Positions 9,421 through 18,600 of a stretch of DNA of 64,000 bases are shown one piece after another. Both the position numbers and the translations under genes were made by a program. The stretch covers positions 26,510 to 90,509 of IMG/VR virus record IMGVR_UViG_3300032322_001315; one strand, written 5' to 3'. The number at the start of each line of letters is the position of its first letter. Positions within the stretch are counted from its first letter, which is position 1. This stretch comes from a virus. Under the pieces are notes generated by a model. It had not been told where the DNA came from. It saw only the letters and a list, made by a program, of their open reading frames with translations, and did no database searches.

Positions 9421-10115
9421 GGAAATTCTCCATTATATCTTTCATTCATTATTCTATTTCCATTTTCAAAAAATTCTTTATTGACTGATCCTGGATTACC
9501 ATCAACTCTGTAATTTACAGAATATTTACCTGTACAATCAAATTTTGGAAAGTGTTGAGACAATACCGAAGGAAATGCTCTATCTGCACCCCAGCCCATG
9601 TGCCAAATATGAGAGGTTTTAATTGCAACTTCTTTTTTGATACAGTATGTACTAGTATCAATTAAATTGACTCCATGATATGTTTTCCATTTTCCTAACG
9701 ATTCGCAATCATCATTGCATAGATAGTTGTCATCTTTATCTATAATCTTCCTCAAAGAATAGCACCAATCTAATTCATTTTTTTCAATTAAATCGACACA
9801 AGTTTGAACATGGTCCGTATCCAATATATTATCATGGTCTAAAAATAGTATATAATCTTCATTTACCAAATGAGCAAACGATGCATAAACTCTGTGACCA
9901 TAGAAACCATTTTCTCCAACATTCACGGGCAAATAACAAACCTTTAGATTTTTGTTTCCCATATAGTCACTAACAATCACTCTAACATTACCTTCAAAGT
10001 TTGGACCATCACAAACCAAATAGCAAGTAGTAGGATATGTTTGAGATAATACACTTTTAATTGCTTTTCTTACTTCTTTAATTCCAGTTGTGGCAATGAT
10101 AACAACAGCAGACAT
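9402..10115 (-). CDS. glycosyltransferase family 2
   Basis: AIKSVLSQTY, VCDG, FLDHDN (DxD), GWGADR. Confidence 0.85.
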   Translation of the reverse strand: MSAVVIIATTGIKEVRKAIKSVLSQTYPTTCYLVCDGPNFEGNVRVIVSDYMGNKNLKVCYLPVNVGENGFYGHRVYASFAHLVNEDYILFLDHDNILDTDHVQTCVDLIEKNELDWCYSLRKIIDKDDNYLCNDDCESLGKWKTYHGVNLIDTSTYCIKKEVAIKTSHIWHMGWGADRAFPSVLSQHFPKFDCTGKYSVNYRVDGNPGSVNKEFFENGNRIMNERYNGEFPWRKSY

Positions 10116-10124
10116 AATAATATC

Positions 10125-11393
10125 CTATTCAAAAAAATTACTAAGTGTTCCTCTATCAAAATATTGTTCGAAACTTGACACATTACCAAAACACCAGATA
10201 GGTTCGATATAAATCTTGGTCATATATTCGTCAAGTTCATCACCTATATCTTTTGGTCTTTGAACTATACGCATACCAATTTGACCAACAAACTTATCCT
10301 TAAACTTTTCAATTAAATCATCTGATGCATGATATCGTTTGTTCTTTATCTTTGGGTCCATAATGTTTATCATCATACATCCATTTGATGATAATTTACT
10401 CATAATCTTTTCTGCAACTGGAAGATAAAATTTATCTCTCCACTTCTCATATGTATCATACCTTGACCAAGACTGGTCTTCTTCTTTACCCGAACCTGTT
10501 GCGTATTTTTCTGTAGCAAAGTATGGAGGAGATGTAAATGCACAATCGACTTCAGGAATCAAATTCCAATCCATATCTTCTGCTGGTTTTCTCTGTATGA
10601 TGACTGTCTTTCTTGGAGATTCAAATTTGAACAAATCCGTCTTTTCTGTGATGACAAATTTCTCACCACCTTCTAGCAGTTTACTATATTCAATACATTG
10701 CTTCTTATATCGTTCAAATGTCTCTGGATTAGGATCGCAACCATAATACTCTGTTGTATTTGGAGTTGCAAAGAATGCTGCAAGTCTGTCGCCCCAACCA
10801 CACGAGGTATCTAGAATTACATTTGCATTTGTCAATAGATATAAACATTTTGCAACATGAGGCTTAAACTGAGTTGCGACATAAGCACCTAGACGAAATG
10901 CTGCATTGTAACTACTAATACTCAATTCATTATTGTTCATTCTCCAAAGAGGAGATAGTAGTTGTTCTAAATCTATTCCTTTTGTCCATCTGTCATAAGG
11001 AGAATTAAAAGACCAACCACCACAACGATATCTCAAATCACGATGAAAATAATTTGAGCAATCGTTATATGAATGTCCGTTTTGAATTACACCCATACCA
11101 TATTTCTCATATGAATATGTGTAATCATCAAACTTTTCAATGACTTTGTGTTTAACTTCTTCGTGTTTAAAAAAGTAAGATTTCAAATCACTCTTTAAAA
11201 GAGATAGAAAATTATCCTGCATTTCTTTATGCGTTGTAACTTGAAAAGGAAATGCAGGAGTTTTCTCTATAATATATTCTGATAATTCTTTACGAATTTG
11301 TTCTTTAGAATATTTTTGATTTAACTCTTTCCATTGCTCAACATTCAATAGTGGAGGACCACCATTTTTGGTATATTGTGCAAAATTTATCAT
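10125..11393 (-). CDS. SAM-dependent amino (N6-A/N4-C) DNA methyltransferase-like protein
   Basis: LDTSCGWGDRL (motif I), GCDPN, FTSPPYF (motif IV). Confidence 0.8.
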   Translation of the reverse strand: MINFAQYTKNGGPPLLNVEQWKELNQKYSKEQIRKELSEYIIEKTPAFPFQVTTHKEMQDNFLSLLKSDLKSYFFKHEEVKHKVIEKFDDYTYSYEKYGMGVIQNGHSYNDCSNYFHRDLRYRCGGWSFNSPYDRWTKGIDLEQLLSPLWRMNNNELSISSYNAAFRLGAYVATQFKPHVAKCLYLLTNANVILDTSCGWGDRLAAFFATPNTTEYYGCDPNPETFERYKKQCIEYSKLLEGGEKFVITEKTDLFKFESPRKTVIIQRKPAEDMDWNLIPEVDCAFTSPPYFATEKYATGSGKEEDQSWSRYDTYEKWRDKFYLPVAEKIMSKLSSNGCMMINIMDPKIKNKRYHASDDLIEKFKDKFVGQIGMRIVQRPKDIGDELDEYMTKIYIEPIWCFGNVSSFEQYFDRGTLSNFFE

Positions 11394-11400
11394 GTCAAAT

Positions 11401-12132
11401 TTATTTCTTCATTCCCATAAATGGATTTTGTTTATTAGTTTTTGGTGCAACGGAGTAGTTACTTTTAGGCATCTTTTTGATTTTTATTTCTGCTTGCACT
11501 TCATAAAATTCTGAACGAGTAGCAACACGGACTTTAAAATCTCCTGAACCTTTCAGTAAAGGTATTGATGCATCTAAACCTAGAGGATTTTTATTTGAGA
11601 TTCTGTAGAAATCGTCTCCTGCTTGCATATAATAAGCAGGTTCGGTCTTTCCTTCTGTATAATGTTCAGTAACCAACTTACCCAAATCACGATTTTCATC
11701 ATTAGCAATATATCGATTAATACCAGGTTGGTCAAAATATGCTTTCATGATTTGAAGTGACACAGCACCAGGTTCTTTTAGTCCACTTTTCGTTGTCGGT
11801 ATCTTTATATCTTTTTTGGGTATACCTGAAAATTTAGAAATATTATCAATAAACTTTTTTGCCTCCGGTGATTTGTTTAAAATATCAACAGCAGCTTCAG
11901 CAGTAGGTGTTTTATATGTTGTTTTCCATTGACCGTTTTCATAATAAACTCTTGGGTTTGAAAGATTGTCAGTATGTGACATTTTAACTTCTACCCAAGT
12001 TTTTATATTTTTATATTCAATTTTAACATCAGAAAATCCTGTACCTACAGAAGGTCTAGATGCGTTTATGCCAGGCAGTTTGTTTATTTCTTTTGCTACA
12101 TCTTGTTCGAATTTATCTGATGCTGCACTCAT
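11401..12132 (-). CDS. PD-(D/E)xK restriction-endonuclease-like protein
   Basis: KFEQDV...FSDVKI...WVEVK catalytic pattern. Confidence 0.55.
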   Translation of the reverse strand: MSAASDKFEQDVAKEINKLPGINASRPSVGTGFSDVKIEYKNIKTWVEVKMSHTDNLSNPRVYYENGQWKTTYKTPTAEAAVDILNKSPEAKKFIDNISKFSGIPKKDIKIPTTKSGLKEPGAVSLQIMKAYFDQPGINRYIANDENRDLGKLVTEHYTEGKTEPAYYMQAGDDFYRISNKNPLGLDASIPLLKGSGDFKVRVATRSEFYEVQAEIKIKKMPKSNYSVAPKTNKQNPFMGMKK

Positions 12133-12159
12133 GGCGTTTAGTATTAATTTATGATTAAA

Positions 12160-12167
12160 TATTTATT
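12160..12167 (-). promoter_or_regulatory. late promoter variant (AATAAATA) heading the nuclease/MTase/glycosylation operon
   Basis: Overlaps the gp41 stop codon, about 28 nt upstream of ATG 12132. Confidence 0.55.
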
Positions 12168-13560
12168 AGACCTTGAAGCCACCAAACTTATTCTTACTAT
12201 TTGACGCACGTTCTCTATTACCAAACGTGTTTAGAGGTTTATCATCTTGATTAGAATCAACGATTCCTTCTTGTGCAGATTGTTCAACATCATATAGTCG
12301 CATCTTTGCTCTGTCAACACCAATAACGAATCTCTTGTTTGCTGTTGGGTCAGAATATCGATTCTTCAATTGTTTGACCATTAGTTGTCCAAGTTCTTCA
12401 AGTTCGTCTGATGTAATCAATGCGAACATCAAATCTGCTGTTGCAGGAAGACCGAACGATTCGGATGTGTCTTCAAGTCCAGGATCGCTGTTTGTAAATC
12501 CTGACCGGGTAGTTTGGGTAGCAGAAACAATCGGCACATTAAACTCGACCGCAAGACCTCTAAGTTCTTCTGCAATTGCTTTGACATAGGTGTATGAGTT
12601 AACATTTGCTCCTGCTTTAATACGAGAAGAACAACAGATATTGAGATAATCGATAAAAATAATGTCAGGAGTAAAATTACGTTTGAGATTAAGTTCATTC
12701 AACAATGTCCTGAAGTGAGTTGCGGATGCAGTTGCGGTTGGATATTCTTTGATGATAAGTTTGCCTGTGGTCATCTTACGAACACGATTGACTTTCTTAT
12801 CATACATATCTTTTGGTAGTTCAATCAATTCATCAACAGTAACATTCAAAAGATTTGCATCGATACGTTCCGCAATCTTCTCTTCTGCCATCTCAAGAGT
12901 GATATACAGAACATTCTTTCCTTGCGTCATACATCCTGCTGCAACGTGACACATGAACAATGACTTACCAACACCAGTACCTGCAAGTGCGACATTCAAA
13001 GTCTTTGATGGCAAACCACCTTTAGTAATCTTATTGAAATATTCTAGGTCAAATGGAATTCTTGCTTCTTTACGATGATAGAATTCATATCGTTCATCTG
13101 AGTTTTCAAGATAGTCATGCCCAACAGAATTATCAAAACTTACTGCGAGTGCATCGGAAAGAATCTTGGGAATCGCACCTTTTTCTTGTGTCTTGTCTTT
13201 GCCGTCAAGAATTGATATTGAATTAAGGACTGCAAGATAGATTGCCTTCTCTTGGCAGAAAATTTCTGTCTTGTCGATGAGCCAAGAAGAATCCGATTGC
13301 TCAGTTTTATGTAACTCTTTAAGGCAATCTTCGCATTTCTGTACTTCATCGTCTGTAAGATTTTTCTTTTCTCTGACGGCAAGTGATAGTGCTTCAATCG
13401 GCGCCGGATCATTATAATCGTTCGTGAATTTGGCAATTTCATCAAATATTACCTTTTCCGTCCTATCAGTAAAATATTCAGATTTTAGAAATGGAAGAAC
13501 CTTTCGCAAATAGTCTTCATTGTGAATCAGGTTCCTCAAAATAATCTGTTCTATCTTCAT
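12166..13560 (-). CDS. 41: replicative DNA helicase gp41
   Basis: AGTGVGKS Walker A, FIDYLN, SATQTTRSG, SESFGLPATAD, KQLKNRY. Confidence 0.97.
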   Translation of the reverse strand: MKIEQIILRNLIHNEDYLRKVLPFLKSEYFTDRTEKVIFDEIAKFTNDYNDPAPIEALSLAVREKKNLTDDEVQKCEDCLKELHKTEQSDSSWLIDKTEIFCQEKAIYLAVLNSISILDGKDKTQEKGAIPKILSDALAVSFDNSVGHDYLENSDERYEFYHRKEARIPFDLEYFNKITKGGLPSKTLNVALAGTGVGKSLFMCHVAAGCMTQGKNVLYITLEMAEEKIAERIDANLLNVTVDELIELPKDMYDKKVNRVRKMTTGKLIIKEYPTATASATHFRTLLNELNLKRNFTPDIIFIDYLNICCSSRIKAGANVNSYTYVKAIAEELRGLAVEFNVPIVSATQTTRSGFTNSDPGLEDTSESFGLPATADLMFALITSDELEELGQLMVKQLKNRYSDPTANKRFVIGVDRAKMRLYDVEQSAQEGIVDSNQDDKPLNTFGNRERASNSKNKFGGFKV

Positions 13561-13834
13561 CAACACTTCCTTCGTTATTCAATTGTTTCATCATCAAATG
13601 AGTCAACAAGTCACCAATAGCATTCTTAAAATTTGTATCTTCTTCAATGCCTTCAATTGGTGATTCTATCACATCATAGTTAAATTGTAAATATGCTTTG
13701 TCATCTTCTTCCACTACTCCTACCTTACCATATTTGTAGACAACTCCTTCATATTTACCTGATAATAATTTTATATGAACGTTTTGTTTATCTTCTTCCG
13801 AAAAAATGTAGCAATAATCAACTCCTTCAATCAT
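13517..13834 (-). CDS. conserved hypothetical protein at the position of T4 gp40
   Basis: Lies between uvsX and 41; IKLLSGKYEGVVYKYGKV. Confidence 0.6.
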   Translation of the reverse strand: MIEGVDYCYIFSEEDKQNVHIKLLSGKYEGVVYKYGKVGVVEEDDKAYLQFNYDVIESPIEGIEEDTNFKNAIGDLLTHLMMKQLNNEGSVDEDRTDYFEEPDSQ

Positions 13835-14892
13835 GCTTCTGTCTCCTCAAATGTGTTATGAATTTCATCATCAGAAATAATATCACCAGAAGCAATCAAA
13901 TATTTCTTTTCGATAAAATCTCTAAATGACTTTTGTTGAATGATAGGTAACCAAAAATCTTTGGTGTCAACTTCTTTAATACGATATTTCTTTTCTTCGA
14001 TAACTCCATCACTATCGACTTTAGAATACCAACCGTTGCTGGGTTTAACGACATGACCGGATTCTAGTGCAAGTTCAAGTAGACCAGACCACTTACTGAT
14101 ACCACCTTCAAACGACACAGTAACAGGAATCTTTGACTTTTCTTTTACATAACGAGACTTTTCAACATTGATGATGAAGTTATATCCAACAACGTCAGTT
14201 CCTTCTTTTTCTTGCTGCCGGCCAATGATGTAAATGTTGTCTGCCGAATAATAGGATCCAGTACCACCACCAACAATGTCTTTCGGGAACATACCAATTT
14301 CTTTGTATGTGTGATTGACAACTACCATAGGAATATCTTTGAGAGTCAAATGTGGAGTTACCATACGGAATAAAGACTTGAGTTGCTTTGCTCTTGACAT
14401 ATCAGCAACAGACTTGCCTTCTAGTGCATCATCGACTTCTTTCTTCGATGCTAGATTACCGATAGAATCGATAATGATAATGACTCTTTCTCCACGTTCA
14501 ATTTGTTGCATCTGACTCATGATATCAAACTTCAATTGTTCAATGTCGGTAATCGGAGTATGAAGAACTCGGTCAGTATCAATACCAAAAGATTCAAAAT
14601 ACTTTTGTGGAGTTCCAAACTCAGAGTCATAGAATAGCAATGCTGCATCTTGATACTTGTCAAGATATGACTTTGCCATCAAGAGCGAAAATGAGGTTTT
14701 GAAATGCTTTGATGGTCCTGCCCACATAGTAAGACCAGGAGTTAGACCACCATCGATACGACCAGATAGTGCAACATTGATGATAGGAACAGAGGTAGGA
14801 ATCATATCCTTATTGCTGAACAACTTGGATTTAGATAGAATCTCAGTCTCTTTAATGCTGCTATTTTTCTTCAGTTTATCAAGAATACTCAT
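13831..14892 (-). CDS. uvsX: RecA-like recombinase UvsX
   Basis: AGPSKHFKT, FYDSEFG, DSIGNLASKKE, GGGTGSYYSAD. Confidence 0.97.
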   Translation of the reverse strand: MSILDKLKKNSSIKETEILSKSKLFSNKDMIPTSVPIINVALSGRIDGGLTPGLTMWAGPSKHFKTSFSLLMAKSYLDKYQDAALLFYDSEFGTPQKYFESFGIDTDRVLHTPITDIEQLKFDIMSQMQQIERGERVIIIIDSIGNLASKKEVDDALEGKSVADMSRAKQLKSLFRMVTPHLTLKDIPMVVVNHTYKEIGMFPKDIVGGGTGSYYSADNIYIIGRQQEKEGTDVVGYNFIINVEKSRYVKEKSKIPVTVSFEGGISKWSGLLELALESGHVVKPSNGWYSKVDSDGVIEEKKYRIKEVDTKDFWLPIIQQKSFRDFIEKKYLIASGDIISDDEIHNTFEETEA

Positions 14893-14900
14893 GTTTTACC

Positions 14901-17441
14901 TCACGCAAAAAAATCTTCAAGGGAACTTTGTTTTTCTAAAGTCCAGCCAATACAGTCTGAAATAACTCTTACTGGTTCTACAAATGCTTTTTCAAACTGC
15001 ATATCATAATCGATATATTTTTCTAGGTCAAATTCTTTAGGAAGTCTTACCGGAAAAGATATGACGGTCTCTTTGAAAGGATTAGGCATCTTCAGATAAG
15101 AAAACTTAATCTTCTCGCCTTCGTTGATGAATGGATATTTTTTATTGAGACCTTTGTTTTTGATTGCATTATTATATATGATTGCACCCTTAACATGAAT
15201 GGGTGTACCTTTGGTATATAATGTTACTGCATCAGAATACTTACTGATACCACGAATGCCTCTGGGGAAAGAAATTTCTTCTGGTGGAAGTTTCTTAAAT
15301 TTAGATTTTGATTCTGCAACATAAGTGTGCAATTCATTTTCTGTACCATTCAACATAATGTCAACAGACTTTTCCATCATCTCACGAATAGGCATTGGAG
15401 TTGAAGACTTTACCATTTCAAGACCCATCACCTTCATCTTGGGTTGAGAATATTGAATGCCTTCATTATTATAGACATTTAGAATGTATCGTTTCTTTGC
15501 TGTCCAGATGCCTTTGTTTGCAAGTGCTTCTCGCTTCATCTGCATCTTTTGGTCGTATGCGTTAGTATAATCAGCAAGCGTCTGATAACTCTCATCAATA
15601 AACGGTTGAATTTTATTTTCACATACCTTGTCCATGAAGGTGATAATTTTTTCAGGGTCACGTTCCGATTTATACACCTTGTCCACCAACTCACCAAGAC
15701 GGAGATAAATCGAGTCTGTATCAGAAGCAATGACAAAATCTTCATTCTTTGTTTCCAAAAGTTTGTTCATATACTCATTGAGTTTCTTTTCAATCCAACG
15801 AATAGAGAGTTGACCAGCCAGAGTAATTGCTGATGCTTGTCTCACATCAAAGAATCGAAAAAACTCATTACCCAAAGCACCATAAGCAGAGTTTAGACAA
15901 ACTTTCTTTGCTAGTTGAAGATTGTTATATCTTGCGATTCGTTTTTCAATTTCAAATCGTGCTTTTTTGTCTGTTTCTTTTTCAAGTTCTTGTTTTGCTA
16001 CTAGTGCTTTCTTCTTATACACCTTTCGGTCTTCATACATTTTCTCCATCATCTTCGGAAGAAAACCTTGAATATCTGTTCTGAAAAATTCACCGTTAGG
16101 TGTAATTGTCTTTTGAAGATTTTTTAGAATCTCCGTATCAACTTTCATATTCAAAAGATTATTTACTGAAGTAATACTCGACAATTCAATCATTTCAGTA
16201 GTGTAATCTTCTTTCTCTACAAGAGTCTCTGGAGAGATATTGTATTGCATAATCAGATGAGGATATAGACTGTTCAAGTCAAACGATGCAATCCAATCGT
16301 GCTTACCAACTTGGGGTTCTTTAACATATGCACCTTCATATGCTTGGTCTTTTCTACTAACGATTCTTGGAGGAATGATAATATTTTCATTCTTCAAATG
16401 ATTGTAAATCAGAGTGTCCCACATACGAACTTGTGCAAAAACATCATCGTAATTTGTTTTACTGTCATATGCAAGAGTCAGAGCCAACTCAATCAATTTC
16501 AACTTGTCTTCTAATTCTTCAACAAGGTCAACGTCACGAATATTATACTCAATAAACTTTTGATAATTTAATTTATACAATTCATGAAGAGAATCGTATT
16601 CGTCATATGCAATCTTGTTCTTGCCGAGCTCTACACTAGCAATGCTATCGAGTTTGTATGATTCTTGTGATGCGCCTCCAGGTGCATACTTACGATACAG
16701 TTCAATATAGTCAAGCATTGCAATACCAACCATTTCATAGACAGTATGTTCTTTTGCCATTAGAACTGCTTTACGTTCAGAAATATAATTCCAAGGAGAA
16801 AGAGACTTTGCATCTCTCTCGCCTACGATTCTCTTGAAACGGTTGATTAGATATGGGAAGTCAAAGAACTTGATGTTCCAACCTGTGATAATATCAGGAT
16901 AACGAGAAGTCCAAATTTCAAGAAACTTCTTACAAAGAGTCCATTCGTCTTTGCACTTGATGTATGTAATTGCACCACTATCCGTCTTGTAGTCTCCGCA
17001 ACCAAAAACAAAAGTCATACCACCCATGAACTTCAAGGTGATTGCTGTGATTGCTTCGGTTGCATTATATGGGTCAGGAAAACCATTTTCAGAACCCACT
17101 TCAATGTCTATCGTTGCAATAGAGATTTTTGATTGGTCCCACTCAACTTCTTTTGGGTGCGTGTCTGCAATGAAGCAATATTCAAATCGTGTATTGCCAT
17201 ATACTTTTTTGTTTTCTACATCTTCATTTCGTTTTACATAATCTCTTGCCTCACGAATAGAATCAAATTTAAATTCGTGAAGGTATTCACCAGACAAACC
17301 CGTAAACTTTGTTACTTTGTTTACGGGTTCATACAGTTTGGGTTGGTATTCAATTTTCTTGCAAACTTTCTTTCCGTTTACAATTCCTCGATAAAGAATG
17401 TTGTTACCAATACATTGAACATTAGTGTAAAAATTGGTCAT
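14901..17441 (-). CDS. 43: family B DNA polymerase gp43
   Basis: DIEV exonuclease motif, FDLNSLYPH, KxxxNSAYG, ASDTDS, KKRY. Confidence 0.98.
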   Translation of the reverse strand: MTNFYTNVQCIGNNILYRGIVNGKKVCKKIEYQPKLYEPVNKVTKFTGLSGEYLHEFKFDSIREARDYVKRNEDVENKKVYGNTRFEYCFIADTHPKEVEWDQSKISIATIDIEVGSENGFPDPYNATEAITAITLKFMGGMTFVFGCGDYKTDSGAITYIKCKDEWTLCKKFLEIWTSRYPDIITGWNIKFFDFPYLINRFKRIVGERDAKSLSPWNYISERKAVLMAKEHTVYEMVGIAMLDYIELYRKYAPGGASQESYKLDSIASVELGKNKIAYDEYDSLHELYKLNYQKFIEYNIRDVDLVEELEDKLKLIELALTLAYDSKTNYDDVFAQVRMWDTLIYNHLKNENIIIPPRIVSRKDQAYEGAYVKEPQVGKHDWIASFDLNSLYPHLIMQYNISPETLVEKEDYTTEMIELSSITSVNNLLNMKVDTEILKNLQKTITPNGEFFRTDIQGFLPKMMEKMYEDRKVYKKKALVAKQELEKETDKKARFEIEKRIARYNNLQLAKKVCLNSAYGALGNEFFRFFDVRQASAITLAGQLSIRWIEKKLNEYMNKLLETKNEDFVIASDTDSIYLRLGELVDKVYKSERDPEKIITFMDKVCENKIQPFIDESYQTLADYTNAYDQKMQMKREALANKGIWTAKKRYILNVYNNEGIQYSQPKMKVMGLEMVKSSTPMPIREMMEKSVDIMLNGTENELHTYVAESKSKFKKLPPEEISFPRGIRGISKYSDAVTLYTKGTPIHVKGAIIYNNAIKNKGLNKKYPFINEGEKIKFSYLKMPNPFKETVISFPVRLPKEFDLEKYIDYDMQFEKAFVEPVRVISDCIGWTLEKQSSLEDFFA

Positions 17442-17746
17442 CCGAGAATGAGATCCTTCTTAGGAAGTACGATACCTGATCCAAAAATACTATTATAATT
17501 GTCAATGAAATCTTCTGCTGGCACATATTCGTAGACAACATTCATCTTTGCGAGTGTCATCTTACTGCCGGTACGTTGTTCTGCATGGATAGGAAATGGA
17601 GTAAATCCTACATTGGGTCGGCCGTCTTGACCTCGAACAACAGCAATGCCTACCGGATTAACAATATGATAATCGAACTCAGATTCTTGTTCTACCTCCG
17701 CAAGAACCTCTTCTCCTGTGATTAACTTAAATGCTTTGATGTTCAT
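17438..17746 (-). CDS. Sm-like-fold conserved phage protein
   Basis: MNIKAFKLITGEEVLAEV...FGSGIVLP; start at 17746 because the track's extension overlaps tRNA-Gly. Confidence 0.7.
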   Translation of the reverse strand: MNIKAFKLITGEEVLAEVEQESEFDYHIVNPVGIAVVRGQDGRPNVGFTPFPIHAEQRTGSKMTLAKMNVVYEYVPAEDFIDNYNSIFGSGIVLPKKDLILG

Positions 17747-17764
17747 AATTGCCTCATAAGAAAG

Positions 17765-17839
17765 TGGAGCGGGTAGTGGGAATTGAACCCATCCTCTCTG
17801 GCTTGGAAGGCCAGGGCACAACCACTATACCATACCCGC
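17765..17839 (-). tRNA. tRNA-Gly(TCC)
   Basis: GCGGGTA/TACCCGC acceptor, CTGGC-CTTCCAA-GCCAG anticodon arm, GGTTCAATT T-loop, encoded CCA. Confidence 0.92.
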
Positions 17840-17855
17840 AGTTGATTTTGGATTG

Positions 17856-17869
17856 AATAAATACTTATA
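17856..17869. promoter_or_regulatory. overlapping divergent late-type promoters (+ AATAAATA 17856-17863; - TATAAGTA 17862-17869)
   Basis: Lies between tRNA-Gly (-) and the only plus-strand genes. Confidence 0.45.
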
Positions 17870-17893
17870 ATCAATCACTAAAGAAAGAAACAA

Positions 17894-18169
17894 ATGGACT
17901 TCTTTAAATTGGTTGCTGATGTAGGATTTCCTATGGCAGCAGCAATTTGTTCGGGGTACCTAGCATTTCTTACTTTAAAGTTCATTCTATCAAGTGTATT
18001 GAGTTCTGTCAAGAGCTTAATAGGTATAATTACTGCTCTTGACAACAGGGTTAAAACAATGAATAACGATGTTATTAGAATCGACACTTTAGTATCAAAT
18101 GCTTTAGGTGTTGAGCCTGACATAGAAAGAATCTCAAGAGCAGAAAAAGAAGGTTCTAGAAAGGACTAA
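17894..18169 (+). CDS. small single-TM plus coiled-coil membrane protein (YvrJ/holin-like)
   Basis: DVGFPMAAA followed by a hydrophobic helix; paralogue of the next gene (shared NDxIR). Confidence 0.65.
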   Translation: MDFFKLVADVGFPMAAAICSGYLAFLTLKFILSSVLSSVKSLIGIITALDNRVKTMNNDVIRIDTLVSNALGVEPDIERISRAEKEGSRKD

Positions 18170-18170
18170 C

Positions 18171-18407
18171 ATGAACATCGTAGAATTCATCAATGAGTAT
18201 GGATTCCCTATTGTAGCCTGTTTCGGAATGGGCTACTTAATTTATTACGTCTGGATTTGGACAACAAAAGAAATAAAACCTGTTGTGACTGAAGCAAATA
18301 ATACTCTTATTTCTCTTGTTGACAGAATCAGAATGCTCGATAATGACTTGATACGTTTGAATCAAAAAATTAAAACAATCATTTCTTTGACACACAAAGA
18401 AAAATAG
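18171..18407 (+). CDS. small single-TM plus coiled-coil membrane protein (YvrJ/holin-like)
   Basis: EYGFPIVAC, TM helix, DRIRMLDNDLIRL; AAGGA SD. Confidence 0.65.
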   Translation: MNIVEFINEYGFPIVACFGMGYLIYYVWIWTTKEIKPVVTEANNTLISLVDRIRMLDNDLIRLNQKIKTIISLTHKEK

Positions 18408-18408
18408 T

Positions 18409-18493
18409 TGGTGCGAGAGACGGGACTCGAACCCGTACAGATTTCTCCGGCAGATTTTAAGTCTGCTGCGGCTACCGATTACGCCACTCTCGC
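18409..18493 (-). tRNA. tRNA-Leu(TAA)
   Basis: GCGAGAG/CTCTCGC acceptor, GCAGA-CTTAAAA-TCTGC anticodon arm, long variable arm, GGTTCGAGT, CCA. Confidence 0.93.
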
Positions 18494-18499
18494 ATTAAC

Positions 18500-18593
18500 T
18501 GGTCCTCCCGACAGGATTCGAACCTGTAACGTGCCCCCATCTAGAGCCAATGCCGGGTATAAGCCGGGTGTTTTACCATTAAACTACAGGAGG
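18500..18593 (-). tRNA. atypical tRNA, anticodon TAT (nominally Ile), with long variable arm
   Basis: CCTCCTG/CGGGAGG acceptor, GTTT/AAAC D-stem, CCGG-CTTATAC-CCGG, about 24-nt extra arm, ACAGG-TTCGAAT-CCTGT, A-CCA. Confidence 0.75.
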
Positions 18594-18600
18594 AAAAACT

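Noticed and set aside
14901-17441. Introns or inteins in gp43 (also checked by length: gp41, gp17, gp20, gp23, UvsW)
   Set aside because: The ORFs are continuous and of normal length, with no splicing motifs seen.
17747-17821. N-terminal extension of ORF 17438-17821
   Set aside because: It overlaps tRNA-Gly; the better start is ATG 17746 with a GAGG SD.
18530-18555. CT-CTA-GA as an amber-suppressor anticodon, implying TAG recoding
   Set aside because: It lies in the variable-arm position with no proper anticodon stem. TAG ends full-length genes such as uvsY, and core genes are intact in code 11.
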